A stretch of 64,000 nucleotides of DNA from Tubiluchus corallicola (taxonomy: Eukaryota; Animalia; Priapulida). The stretch spans positions 15,246-79,245 of the forward strand of contig JAQGDQ010000741.1 in the NCBI GenBank assembly GCA_030141605.1, written 5' to 3'. Shown here piece after piece: positions 42,561 through 55,400 of the stretch. The notes under the pieces are model-generated. The model made no database searches, had not been told where the DNA came from, and saw nothing but the letters and a program-made list of their open reading frames with translations. The translations under genes and the position numbers were made by a program. Numbering within the stretch: the first letter of the stretch is position 1; every line of letters begins with the position of its first letter.

Positions 42561-42973
42561 ATGTAATTCTGTTTAAAGAATAGACGCTTATCCTTTTAAA
42601 ATCTGAATGGTCAATAAATACAGAAAAGTGAAATGTTGCAGTGACGTCATAGTGAGGTAAGATACTGTATTAAGAGCTATTAAAAACACAATTAATAAGT
42701 CAATAATTATAAGTCAATGACAATAAATGGGACATAAACATACACACAAAAACGTTTAAAATGTCAGCGGATTAAGACTTCAGAGGATCTAAGCAACGAA
42801 AGATGATGCTACCCTCGCATATGTGTAATTCACAACAAAAACTATTCTAAACTGTAAAACGAAATTTATCTTTTCTGATCGGGAAAAAAACTTGTCAAAT
42901 TTATCGACAGTAAATTGCATAAAGAGTTTTAGACTAGAAATACAGAGACAACTCTAAATCTTATACAGACACA

Positions 42974-43207
42974 CAGGGCCTATTTCAGCCTAAGCGAGGC
43001 CCGGGGAAGTGGGGCGTGTGAGACCCCCTCGGGAACTGCTAGAACGCCGGAGAAGCATTTTCGAAGAGAACATATGGAGTTATACAGTTGTTATAGGAAC
43101 GAACAATTGAATGTTCGCATAAAGCAAAAAAATGTTACCTCTGCGTGAGGCCCCGGGGAAGTATCCCCGTTTACCCCCCCCCCCCCGCTCCCCTGAAATA
43201 GGCCCTG
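42974..43207 (+). mobile_element. hAT-type MITE, 234 bp
   Basis: Perfect 15-bp TIR CAGGGCCTATTTCAG/CTGAAATAGGCCCTG. 8-bp flanks CAGACACA/CAGGGACA (6/8 match). Subterminal GAGGCCC(C)GGGGAAGT occurs twice. Confidence 0.85.
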
Positions 43208-43346
43208 CAGGGACAGCCATTCAGCATGTCTACGTGCGAATTGGACATAGATGAGCTCATTACAAAAGAATCAGCATAATTTATAGTGGACAAAACGTTT
43301 CCCTGCAGACACAGTCATTGTGTACACTTTTATTTGTATTTCTTAA

Positions 43347-43507
43347 AGGAAGACAGGATGATTTTTCATAAAAATTTAGAATTTCAAAAATTAATATACT
43401 ACCCCATTTTCAAGTCCGATAAAACATTTTAACACAATTAATACGGTAAAAGCATTTCTGATAATTAAATCATAGATTAAAAACTTAATTAACGGCGGGC
43501 GAGCCCA
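43347..43507 (-). mobile_element. MITE family C terminal fragment
   Basis: TTAA|AGGAAGACAGGATGATTTTTCATA..., the reverse complement of 10185-10322. Confidence 0.65.
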
Positions 43508-44743
43508 ACTGTTGATGACATCACAAACTAACATAATTTTCAACAGCAAAAATACTCCACGAGCATGTTGCACGTGTTTGCGAAAGCGAAAATTGAAATA
43601 CAGTGTTACTGTAAGATATTCAGTGTATTGCATTAAAACTAGGCAAGTTTTAAGATAAAAATTCAAATTTCAAATTTACGCTGTACTCACGCATGAGCTG
43701 TCGAACATGTGTAGTTCGTCGAAAAGTAATACATATGAACTGGGAGGTACAGCGCCTGTTTTTTGTGCAGTGCGTTTCCATAATGCTGGCGTTGGTGCCC
43801 GTGTAGCACACGCACACATACACATACACGCAAACAAACATTGGTCAAACAAAGTGTCATGTTAGAGATCGTTTAAAGAAGCGTATACGTGATTATAAAA
43901 AATTATACTGCTGCTTCCCCCTGGGGAGAACATTATAAAAACAATTACTCTTTGCCATCACCCCCTTTAATGTGTCTATTTTATTTACAGCTAAAGATCA
44001 CGTGGAAAGATTGTTAGCTGAAGCAGAATTGATAAAATGGCTAATCTTTAATTAATATTAATAAGGGTTTTCAAATTAAAATTAAATGGATTTGTTTTGT
44101 TCCTAGTATTTTATATATTTTTTCTTAAATTTCTCATTTTTTAAATTTGTTCATACTTCTTTCTCTTTTAAATTTTCTATTTGTTTTGTAATTTTTTTGA
44201 CATCTTAAAAGGCTTTATAATTATGTCTCATGTCACAATTGTTCAGCATTTGTTTAATTAACACACTACAGACACTTGCAGTCCCGTTGCTTTTATAAAG
44301 ATATCTGGTAGATATAATATTGGTTTCTAAAACACCACAAACAGTTGTCTTATGTTATTTGTTTCTGATAGTACACCACAAGTAGTTGATTACACCGTAT
44401 ATTTAAAATACAAATAAAGTCATTAATAGGGTCAGTTTTGGCTGTCTTTCAAGAGATACAAACAGATTTCGGGTGCCATGTTTATCAGTGTCATTTTAGT
44501 TTTTTCTCAGTTAGTAATTGTAATGTTTTTTCGAATTTAGTTTTTTAATATAGCTTCTTAATGAAATTTGTATTCCTTATTTTAATGATCTTGTAAATTT
44601 TATTTGTAATTTTCATGATTGTATCTCTACCTTACGGCAAAAGCTCCCGATGAAAAATAAAAGTTTTTGGGAATTAAAGGGCACTTTCTCTTCTTTACGA
44701 TTATGACCCTAACAGGTCTTAGAATAGCACTATCTTATTTTCA

Positions 44744-44834
44744 CATATCACGTTGAAAACACCGGTTAAGCAACGTAGAGCCTGGGTAGTACTTGGAAGT
44801 GTGACCGAATAGGAATACCAGGTGCTGTAGGCTT
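44744..44834 (+). pseudogene. 5S rRNA pseudogene (5'-truncated, ~20-nt internal deletion)
   Basis: CATATCACGTTGAAAACACCGGTT^AAGCAACGTAGAGCCTGGGTAGTACTTGGA..GTGACCG...GGAATACCAGGTGCTGTAGGCTT aligns to metazoan 5S rRNA but lacks the CTCGTCCGATCACCGAAGTT segment. Confidence 0.88.
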
Positions 44835-45622
44835 GCGGGATGCCTCTAGTTTTTGAATCAGTAATTAGAGTATAGAAATTTTCAGTCAAAATACATGTTT
44901 GCCTTCCTAGTGAGTACTTAAAGGCATTTTGAGCACTGTAAGTATGACTCTGTCGTAGAACTGGCGCATTGGGAAACTGCCGCAGCGTCCTCTAACGTGA
45001 CAAATCGTAAGTAATTCAACGAAGCCTGAAAATGAATTTGAAAGTGCACGGTAGGTGTCTCTGCGTTTTTGTTAATTCTTTTATTACTTACTAATGCATC
45101 TTTTTAATTCGATATTGCTTTATGTCATTCTGCGTGCTATACAATGATTATGTGACGTACATTACACGTGTAATTAGTTGTCTTTGTAACTTGTCACTTC
45201 TGTTACATGTAACTATGTATACAAAACATTAATTATTAAACACTAAACATCTCCATTAATGCCATTAATTATGCATAAGTATGCTTACGTTATCAAAACA
45301 ACAAGGTTTAAGGCAATAAGATGATTTTATACAGACAAAAATAACACACTAGCAAATAAAAACAAATTAGCCAACAAAATTTAAAACTATATTGTATATT
45401 TAAATAACTATACATAGATATATTATATATATATATTATACACATATTTTATAATGTGCATGTGTAATATACTATATATTATAATATATTATATATAATA
45501 TAATGATTATATATATTATATTATATTATATTATATTACATAACATATCATATATCATATCATATTATATCATATATATATATATATATATTATATTATA
45601 TACAAATTATATGTATATAACG

Positions 45623-45654
<32 letters not shown>

Positions 45655-45659
<5 letters not shown>

Positions 45660-45910
45660 TCCATATTTGGCAAATAAATGGAACTACATCAAAATTGAAT
45701 TTATTGTCGACCGGTTTCGAACAAAATTGTTCATTGTCAAGGCATCTTAAACCAGAAATAGAAACAGTTCTATTGTTTTTCGATCTTGTTTCTGAATTCT
45801 GATCTTTTTTTTGTTTTAGACCTCTTGATAATGAACAGTTTTGTTCAAAACCAGTCGGCAATAAATTCCATTTTGATGTAGTTTCGATTTTTTTCCAAAT
45901 ATGGACAATT
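45655..45910. mobile_element. Palindromic Penelope-like relic with two inverted variant hammerhead ribozyme cores, in (TA)n
   Basis: ~100-bp imperfect inverted arms. Each carries TTGAnAA-TGAAC-loop-GTTC-(G/A)AAAC-C(G/A)-GTC followed by AATAAA. Confidence 0.6.
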
Positions 45911-46291
45911 CTACATACATGTCTATATATATATATATATAAATATATGCATATATATTGTATAAGTATGATACAGCCAGTAACGTTTTATTAAATCATA
46001 TGCTTGTCTATGTACATGTTGAATCAAGCACTGTGTAATATGAAAAGTAGATTGTGATTATTTTTTAATAGACATGCTAGCACGTCTTCAGTTTTAAGAA
46101 AACAAAAATAAGCTGCTTTATTATTAACTAGAATAGCAACTCTAATGTGCTTGGATGTGTCTCATTTCTTGTAAAGTAAAACAGCAAGTTCTACAGTTAA
46201 ATCATGGAACGTTGTTTACTGTTGTCGTGGAATCAGTTTTTTTCGTAACAATTTAGAATACTCATTGTTAGGACAGATTCTTATTTTTATG

Positions 46292-48075
46292 TTAAAATAA
46301 AGAAACTTCAACAGTGTGACAATGCATGGAGCGGATCCATTTATACGTTAGAATAAAGAAACTGTAAAAATGTAACAATACATAGGGCAGATCCATTTAT
46401 ACGTTAGAATAAAGAAACTGTAAAAATGTAACAATACATGGGGCAGATCCATTTATACATTAGAATAAAGAAACTGTAAAAATGTAACAATACATGGAGC
46501 AGATCCATTTATACATTAGAATAAAGAAACTGTAAAAATGTAACGATACATGGGGCGGATCCATTTATATGTTAGAATAAAGAAACCTTAACAATGTGAC
46601 AATGCATGGAGCAGATCCATTTATACGTTAGAATAAAGAAACTGTAAAAAAGTAACAATACATGGAGCAGATCCATTTATACATTAGAATAAAGAAACTG
46701 TAAAAATGTAACAATACATGGAGCAGATCCATTTATACATTAGAATAAAGAAACTGTAAAAATGTAACGATACCACGGGCGGATCCATTTATATGTTAGA
46801 ATAAAGAAACCTTAACAATGTGACAATGCATGGAGCAGATCCATTTATACGTTAGAATAAAGAAACTGTAAAAAAGTAACAATACATGGGGCAGATCCAT
46901 TTATACATTAGAATAAAGAAACTGTAAAAATGTAACAATACATGGGGCAGATCCATTTATACGTTAGAATAAAGAAACTGTAAAAATGTAACGATACATG
47001 GGGCGGATCCATTTATATGTTAGAATAAAGAAACCTCAACAATGTGACAATGCATGGAACAGATCCATTTATACGTTAGAATAAAGAAACTGTAAAAATG
47101 TAACAATGCATAATGCGGATCCATTTATACGTTAGAATAAAGAAACTGTAAAAAAGTAACAATACATGGGGCAGATCCATTTATACATTAGAATAAAGAA
47201 ACTGTAAAAATGTAACAATACATGGGGCAGATCCATTTATACATTAGAATAAAGAAACTGTAAAAATGTAACGATACATGGGGCGGATCCATTTATATAT
47301 TAGAATAAAGAAACCTCAACAATGTGACAATGCATGGAACAGATCCATTTATACGTTAGAATAAAGAAAGTGTAAAAATGTAACAATACATGGAGCAGAT
47401 CCATTTATACGTTAGAATACAGAAACTGTAAAAATGTAACGATACATGGGGCGGATCCATTTATATGTTAGAATAAAGAAACCTCAACAATGTGACAATG
47501 CATGGAACAGATCCATTTATACGTTAGAATTAAGAAAGTGTAAAAATGTAACAATACATGGAGCAGATCCATTTATACATTAGAATAAAGAAACTGTAAA
47601 AGTGTAACAATACATAGGGCAGATCCATTTATACGTTAGAATAAAGAAACCTAAAATATGTAACAATACATGGGGCGGATCCATTTGTATGTTAGAATAA
47701 AGAAATTGTAAAATGTAACAATACATGGAGCAGATCCATTTATACATTAGAATAAAGAAACTGTAAAATGTAACAATGCATGGGACATATCCATTTATAC
47801 TTTAGAATAAAGAAACCTCAACAATGTGACAATGCATGGAGCAGATCCATTTATACATTAGAATAAAGAAACCTTAACAATGTAACAATCCATGGAGCAG
47901 ATCCATTTATACATTAGAATAAAAAACGCCAACAATGTAACAATACATGGGGCAGATCCATTTATATGTTAGAATAAAGAAACTTCAACAATGTAACAAT
48001 GCATAAGGCAGATCCATTTATGTGTTAGAGTATAGAAACTTCAACAATGTAACAATGCATGGGGCAGATCCATTT
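46292..48075. repeat. 56-bp minisatellite, ~32 copies
   Basis: Unit TTAGAATAAAGAAACTGTAAAAATGTAACAATACATGG(G/A)GCAGATCCATTTATAC(G/A), period 56. Confidence 0.97.
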
Positions 48076-48794
48076 AACGGGCATATTTGACGGCGCGTAG
48101 GGAAAGTGGGAAATCAGATTGTGATCAGATTAACGAGTCTTCTGTTGCGACTCTGACAGCAATCTCGCATGTGTAAACTGATTTGCGAGTTACTGTTGAC
48201 AAGTTATTGATAACTCTCCCGCAGTTAGTTATTGTCAAGTGTGAACGCTTTGGCGAGTTACTCTTAGGCAGCGAATAGAGAAGGGAGTGATAACTCGTGC
48301 TTACTGTCGGAGAGTAACTCGCAACAAATTTTGCTCTCTAGTCTGAACATGCTTGCGAGTTACTTGACGAGTTAACTTGCCCCTGCATAAAGATGCTACA
48401 GCAATTTCCTGTAGTATCTTAATTCAAAATTTCAACTTCTTAGGATGTGACAGATTTTAAAAATAAATGTGACAACACCACTACCACCACCACAACAATA
48501 ACAACCACGTGACCAAGCATTAGGCACCTTCCTATTTTATGCAGGATCAAACAAACTTATCGCAGGGATTTTTTATAACTTTAATTGGTTTTTATCAAGG
48601 AACCTCCGATTTTTATGTACACTTCAGCAGTCTGAAACAGGAATCAAGCATTAAACGACAGGTGTGTTGGTGAATGTGTCACGAACAGAACTAAATCGCT
48701 ACCAAGTATGATCCTCTAATGTGAGACGTTGCAAGATGCCAAACCCATTATTGTACGTTTGTCATTGTTTTCTTATTTTATGTTTTCTTTTGAC

Positions 48795-49071
48795 TTCTTC
48801 TTTCCTTCTGTTCTCTTTCTACTAACTGCTGCACAGCTCTTCTTTATTCTCTTCTTTTCTCACCATCTACCTTCTTCATTCCTTATTTCACATTTCGTGG
48901 TGGCGTAACAAGGTCCCCCTTTTAGCTGCTATGTTCTTCTTTCCTTCTGTTTTCTTCCCACTAACTGCAACACAGCTCTTCTTCATTCTCTTCTTTTCTC
49001 ATCATCTACCTACTTCCTTCCTTATTTCACATTTCGTGGTGGCTTAACAAGGTCCCCCTTTTAGCTACTAT
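48795..49071. repeat. ~139-bp tandem duplication downstream of the mucin-like stop codon
   Basis: TTCTTCTTTCCTTCTGTT...AACAAGGTCCCCCTTTTAGCT.CTATG occurs twice. Confidence 0.9.
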
Positions 49072-49484
49072 GCGGCAAACTTCAACACCTCAATATAGTA
49101 TTTCTAAGGAGTAAGAATGTATTTTATCTATTTTTTGGCTGTTTTCAATTATAAAAGATGTTGTACATGTACATTTGTACTATTGTAGTTTGCTGGTGAA
49201 ATAAACTGAATTTGAATTTGAAAAAAATGAATTTTCAATGCGTGTAGGCGGTTGTATTTGCATTCGAAACTTCGGAGGAGGTGAATAATACACAGCGCCA
49301 ATGCACGGCTAAAAAACTACTTATTATTACAATTTTCACTACTGCTACGTATGCAAAAACCATACAAATGTTCACTAGTTTAAAATGGCAGGCATCTTTC
49401 TAAGATAATTCTGTTACTAGTTCCCTACAAAGATGATCACACAACAAAGATGATCAACAAAGATGGTATCAGTGTTGGTTTTAT

Positions 49485-52400
49485 CTAATTTTTGTTTTTT
49501 CTTCGGTGTTTCTTTTTCTTTTCCACGTACTCTTTGGTGTGTTTCTTCTTCTTCCTTTTCTTTTTAGCAGTGGGGGGTGGTGAAGTTTGTATCGCATCAG
49601 TTTTGACTTGTATTAGAGGTGTAGCATCAGCAGTTGATGTACCTGGAGTTGTATTTGGTTGTGCCCTCATGACAGCAGCTGGGTTGTTCACTAAAGGCAC
49701 AGTTAGTGATGATGATAGTTTTGATGGTAACGACGATACTGTTGGGTTTGCCATTGTGCCACGTGTTGTAGATACCACTGCTAGGGTTGACACGGCTGAC
49801 TGAGCAGTTGGTCCAATTTGGCTAGGAAAACCTGCGTTTATTCTTGCTCCTTGAGGCAGCAGAGAATTTTGTTTTGGTGGCAAAATTTCTGGTGTTGGAA
49901 TTTTGGTAATTAGTGGATTGATGCTTGTTTCTGGCTCAAGTGAGGTTGGGATGCTCGAAGTTTGTAATTTTGCTGCTGCTACTGTATCTTCACTTTTAAT
50001 ACGATGCACTTTTTTCTTTCTTACATATTCTTTAAACCAGTTTCTTGATTTTTTAGGTTTATCTTTGCCAGAATTTGTTGGAGCAACTGAGCTTGAAGAC
50101 GTGAGAATTGCTGTCAGTATTTTTGATGAAGATACAGGTGTACGTCGTGTCAAAGTTGTTGTTGAGGTAGAGAGTAACTGTCCAGGAGATGCCCATGGCA
50201 AGTTTGCAGTTGTGGTCAATCCACCTATCACTGATGATGATCTAGGTGGTTCATATGTAGTAAATGTCTGCTTACCAAAAATCGATGCTCTTGGCAGGGA
50301 TGCCTTGGAAGCAGTTTCTGTTTTTAATTCGGACCACTTAGTTGCAGGAACTGCAAATGGTGCAGTTGCAAAAGCAATAGCTGGTTTCTCTGTCTGCATC
50401 GAAGATTTCATGAGATTAATGGTCGTTTTTAGTAAAGGTGCAGCTGGATTTGGTTGCATATCTTTATAAATCTTTTTCTTGTTAATGTATTCTTTAAAAT
50501 GATATATTTTGTTTTTGGGTTTATTTTCAGGTTTAGTAGGTGCCTTCGACGATGTGAGTGCCATGGACGTTGCAGTCAGAAGTGTATCAATTGTTTGCGG
50601 TGGCTCTGAAGTACTTACGCTAACTGGTAATTCTTGAGTTGGTAGTGGTGCACCCCTCTCTGGTGCTGGCGTTGAAACTGGTAGCTTCGTAGCTGATACT
50701 ATTGGTGTTGGTGTAACAAGAGGAGAAGATGTCAACTCAGCAGTGGGTAGTGGTGGTTTAAGACTAGCACCTGGTCTTGTTCGAACAACTGGTGATGTAG
50801 GCTGTCTTAGTGTCGCAGCATTTAACTGTCCAGTAATAAGAGGTGAAAGACCAGAAGAGGCAGTAATGACAAACGTGGTTCCTGGAACCGAAACAGTTCG
50901 GCTTGGAAATGTGGCTACTGTGGATGGTGCAGTTGAAGATTGTATCATAGGGGCAGGAGAAAACGCTGTTGAAGCTGATGTCTTAGGTAAAAGTGTTGGT
51001 GCTGTTAATGTGGAAATTTTGCGCTCAGAATATGGCTGTCCTAATGCTACAGTTGGAAATGGCTTCGGTTGCACAGAATTTAGTTGCTCAGCTGGCTCTA
51101 CTGAAGTGAGCACTGGTTGCACATTTTCTGTCGGCTGCAGTGGACCAGTTGGCATTGACGTTGGTGTAGTGGCATTCTGCTTGTTTTCTTTGTACACTTT
51201 TTTCTTTATGTTGTAATATTTGGAATAAATTTTTGGTTGCTTGGTATTGAGATTGCTCAGTTTTACAGTTTCGACTGGAGATGCAGAAGCTACAGGACGA
51301 AGCTGCGCAGTTATCATGTTTGGTGTCTCAGGAATCAAAGACAGTTCTTCTGATGTTACAGAGAGTGATTCCACTGTTGTTGCTTGAGCTGTTGTCATAG
51401 GTTGCTGTGGAACAGAGGTCACAGATATGGGATATGACATTGTTGGAAGAGGGGCTTTTGGTAGGGTAGTTGGCAGCTGCGATGACACTGTCGGTGCTGA
51501 TGTTATTATAGGAACTGGAGGTACCAGTTCATGTGGTTCTGTTAAAGTTGGTGTCAATGGTACAGATGACTGCATGTTAGAGGGTGTTGATAAAGTTGGA
51601 GTCACACCAATTGGAGCTTGGTACTCAAATGCCGAAGCTGAAGTTGGCAAAGCAGATGTGGTAATCTGCATCTCAAGCGGCACAGTTGGTGACACAAGCT
51701 CAAGTACTGTTGAGGTAGTTGTCTCAGATATGGGTGTTATCTGTTCAAGCGGTGCTACTGAGGACATTTTGCTAAATTTGGGAGGTGGCTGCATAAATGA
51801 TGATGTTGAAATAGAAGTTGATTTGGGTGTTTCTAGAGTTGTGTGTTTAGTTCCATGCACTTTTTTCTTTGACACATACGTCTTCAAGTGTTTCTCTTTT
51901 TGCTTAGGTTTATCAGGTCCTCTGAGTATAACCGATGACTTAGGTAGTTCAGCTGGTGGGGTCGGCGTCTCAGTTGTTAATGTTACCTCAGGTAAAGGAT
52001 ATGTAATAAGTGGCAACTTAGTGATTGTACTTGAGGACAAAGCAGCTGACGTTTGAGCTGTCTGATCGACAGTTTTGGAAACTAATGGTATTGGTGTGGT
52101 ACTTGATTTTACCAGAGATTTGGTAGATGCTTCTACCATTGCTCTTACAGTTGATGATGGAATTGTTCTTAAATCAGAAGTTGAAAGAGCAGTGTTTAAT
52201 GGCTCCTTAAAGGATGACACTGTCTCACTCACAATAACAGGTGTTTTTACAACTGTTGCTGCCAGTGGCTGTTGGGTAGCTGTTGTTAATTTACGTCCAG
52301 CAGTTGATAGTTCATTAAAGTCAGTAATTTGTAACTCTCCAGTAATATGTGATGATGTAGCAGCTGCTCCTGATGACACAGTCGTTTCTCTAGATGTGTA

Positions 52401-55400
52401 TTTTGTAGATGAAGGGCTTGTCTGCAATTGAGATGTCATAAATGCGGCAGTTGACAACAGAGTTGGCTTTGCCCGTACTGTCTTCATAGCAGGTTGCAAT
52501 TCCACTGTTGCTGCCAATGTCGTTACTTTTGGAGAAATATGTTGCAGTTGGTTAGTCGCTGATGTTGCTGTTGTTGGTCGTATTGATGACTGCAGTTTCT
52601 CTGTCATCAAATTTTCTCCCCTAAAAGGTTCTGTAGTCAGTCCTTGTTGCTTTTTACGTGTTGTTACTGTTGTTGCCACCAAACTAGACTTGATCAACTG
52701 AGACAATGATACAGCTTGTTCTGATGTCGTTGATAACTTAGCTGTAACTGTGTGTGGTGTTTCATTCATTACTGTTGACTGTTGTGTTGAAGCAGAGAGC
52801 ATGGGTGACATCGTTGTTGTTGCTGTGGCAAAACCAATCACTGGTTCTGGTGACACTGTTGGCACCAGTGTTGTAGGTTGCAGTACAGTTGCTGTTGTTG
52901 CTAAGCTTTCTCCAGTGGGCTTATTAGTTTGCAGATCAGACACTGTTGCTGATGTTTGTTTACGTGAAGATGTGATTTGGTATCCACCTGCTGTTGATTG
53001 TTGCTGTTGCATGGGTGCGACAGGTAATTGCAATGTGGTTTCAATTGTTAACGGTACAGATGATAGTACAGATTCCTTAGCTGATGTTGTTGCTAAAGAC
53101 GTGGGAGTGTTTGTCATACCTACAGGCATTGCTGATGTTATTTTTGGTGTAGTGGGTGTTATAACAGTCTTTGTGGGAGTAGAAATTGATAGAGGTGGTT
53201 GTTCTTTTGTTTCTAAAATTTCAGTTGCTTTTGTCACACCGACAGGTAAAGAGGAAGAAATTTCTGGTAGTAAAGCTTTTGTATTTGGCAATGTACTTTG
53301 AAGAAAAGTATTAGTAGTTGATTGTTGTGGACTGATGGGCTTGAGCGATGGAAGAAACACCATCTTAGATGTTGATGTTGCTGCTGGTGGCACGTTGGTA
53401 AAAGAGGAGGTTTTTGTGGATGTTAGTGTTCGCACAACTGGCACTACTTGTGTAGTAGGTAGTTTTCTGGTTGTTGCTGTTGTTTGTAGTAAGTCTGTAA
53501 TACTTGGCATTTCAAGATTAGTTGGTTCAGTTTGCTCAACAAGGGCTGTGCTAGGTACGTTAGTGGTTACTATTGCTGCTACTGGTGGCGTGGTTTTAGG
53601 ATTTGCAGTAGTTGGTGATAATTTAGTTGTTTTTGGTGTTGACGTTTTGAACAAATTAGTTGATAACTCACTTGCCACTGTTGATGTCGATAAGAGTGGT
53701 AGCAGTTCTGTCATTGTTGTTTGTCTTACAGGCACTTCTTTTGAAGTTTTTGCTGTTGGTGAGGTAGTAACAGTTGGCTGTTTTGTAGCTGTTGTAGCAG
53801 CTGACTGTGATGGACCAATAGATGTTACAAATTCAGTAGTTTGCTGAGCAGATGTAAGAAATTTGAATGCAGCTGTTGTCGTTGCTCCAGATGACATTGT
53901 TGATGTTGCTGTGGCAAAGCCAATTGCTGGTTCCGGCAACACAGTTGGCACCAGTGTTGTAGGTTGCAACACAGTTGCTGTTGTTGCTAAGCTTTCTCCA
54001 CTGGGCGAATTACTTTGCTGCTGAGATATTGTTGTTAATTTTTGTTTTTTTGAAGATGTTGTTTGCAATTCTCTTGCTGTTGAATGTTGCTGTTGCACAG
54101 GTGTGACAGATTTTGTAAGCGTGGCAGGTAATTGCAATGTGGTTTCAGATGTTAGCAATGCAGATGCTGGTATAGTTTCCTTAGCTGATGTTGTTGTTAA
54201 AGACGTGGGAGTGTTTGTTATACCTACAGGCATTGCTGATGTTATTTTTGGTGTAGTGGGTGGTATAACAGTCTTTGTGGGAGTAGAAATTGATAGAGGT
54301 GGTTGTTCTTTTGTTTCTAAAATTTCCGTTGCTTTTGTCACACCGACAGGTAAAGAGGAAGAAATTTCTGGTAAAGCTTTTGTATTTGGCAATGTAGTTT
54401 GAAGAAAAGTATTAGTAGTTGATTGTTGTGGACTGATGGGCTTGAGCGATGGAAGAAACACCATCTTAGATGTTGATGTTGCTGCTGGTGGTACGTTGGT
54501 AAAAGAGGAGGTTTTTGTGGATGTTAGTGTTCGCACAACTGGCACTTCTTGTGTAGTAGGTAGTTTTCTGGTTGTTGCTGTTGTTTGTAGTAAGTCTGTA
54601 ATACTTGGCATTTCAAGATTAGTTGGTTCAGTTTGCTCAACAAGGGCTGTGCTAGGTACGTTAGTGGTTACTATTGCTACTACTGGTGGCGTGGTTTTAG
54701 GATTTGCAGTAGTTGGTGATAATTTAGTTGTTTTTGGTGTTGACGTTTTGAACAAATTAGTTGACAACTCACTTACCACTGTTGATGTCGATAAGAGTGG
54801 TAACAGTTCTGTCATTGTTGTTTGTCTTACAGGCACTTCTTTTGAAGTTTTTGCTGTTGGTGAGGTAGTAACAGTTGGCTGTTTTGTAGCTGTTGTAGCA
54901 GCTGACTGTGATGGACCAATAGATGTTACAAATTCAGTAGTTTGCTGAGCAGATGTAAGAAATTTGAATGCAGCTGTTGTCGTTGCTCCAGATGACATTG
55001 TTGATGTTGCTGTGGCAAAGCCAATTGCTGGTTCCGGCAACACAGTTGGCACCAGTGTTGTAGGTTGCAACACAGTTGCTGTTGTTGCTAAGCTTTCTCC
55101 ACTGGGCGAATTACTTTGCTGCTGAGATATTGTTGTTAATTTTTGTTTTTTTGAAGATGTTGTTTGCAATTCTCTTGCTGTTGAATGTTGCTGTTGCACA
55201 GGTGTGACAGATTTTGTAAGCGTGGCAGGTAATTGCAATGTGGTTTCAGATGTTAGCAATGCAGATGCTGGTATAGGTTCCTTAGCTGATGTTGTTGCTA
55301 AAGACGTGGGAGTGTTTGTTATGCCTACAGGCATTGCTGATGTTATTTCTGCTGTAGTGGGTGGTATAACAGTCTTTGTAGAAGTGGAAATTGATGAAGG

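Noticed and set aside
48795-49071. Possible extra Lys/Glu-rich minus-strand exon after the mucin-like ORF
   Set aside because: Stop codons in the frames examined. Better explained as a duplicated UTR or intergenic segment.
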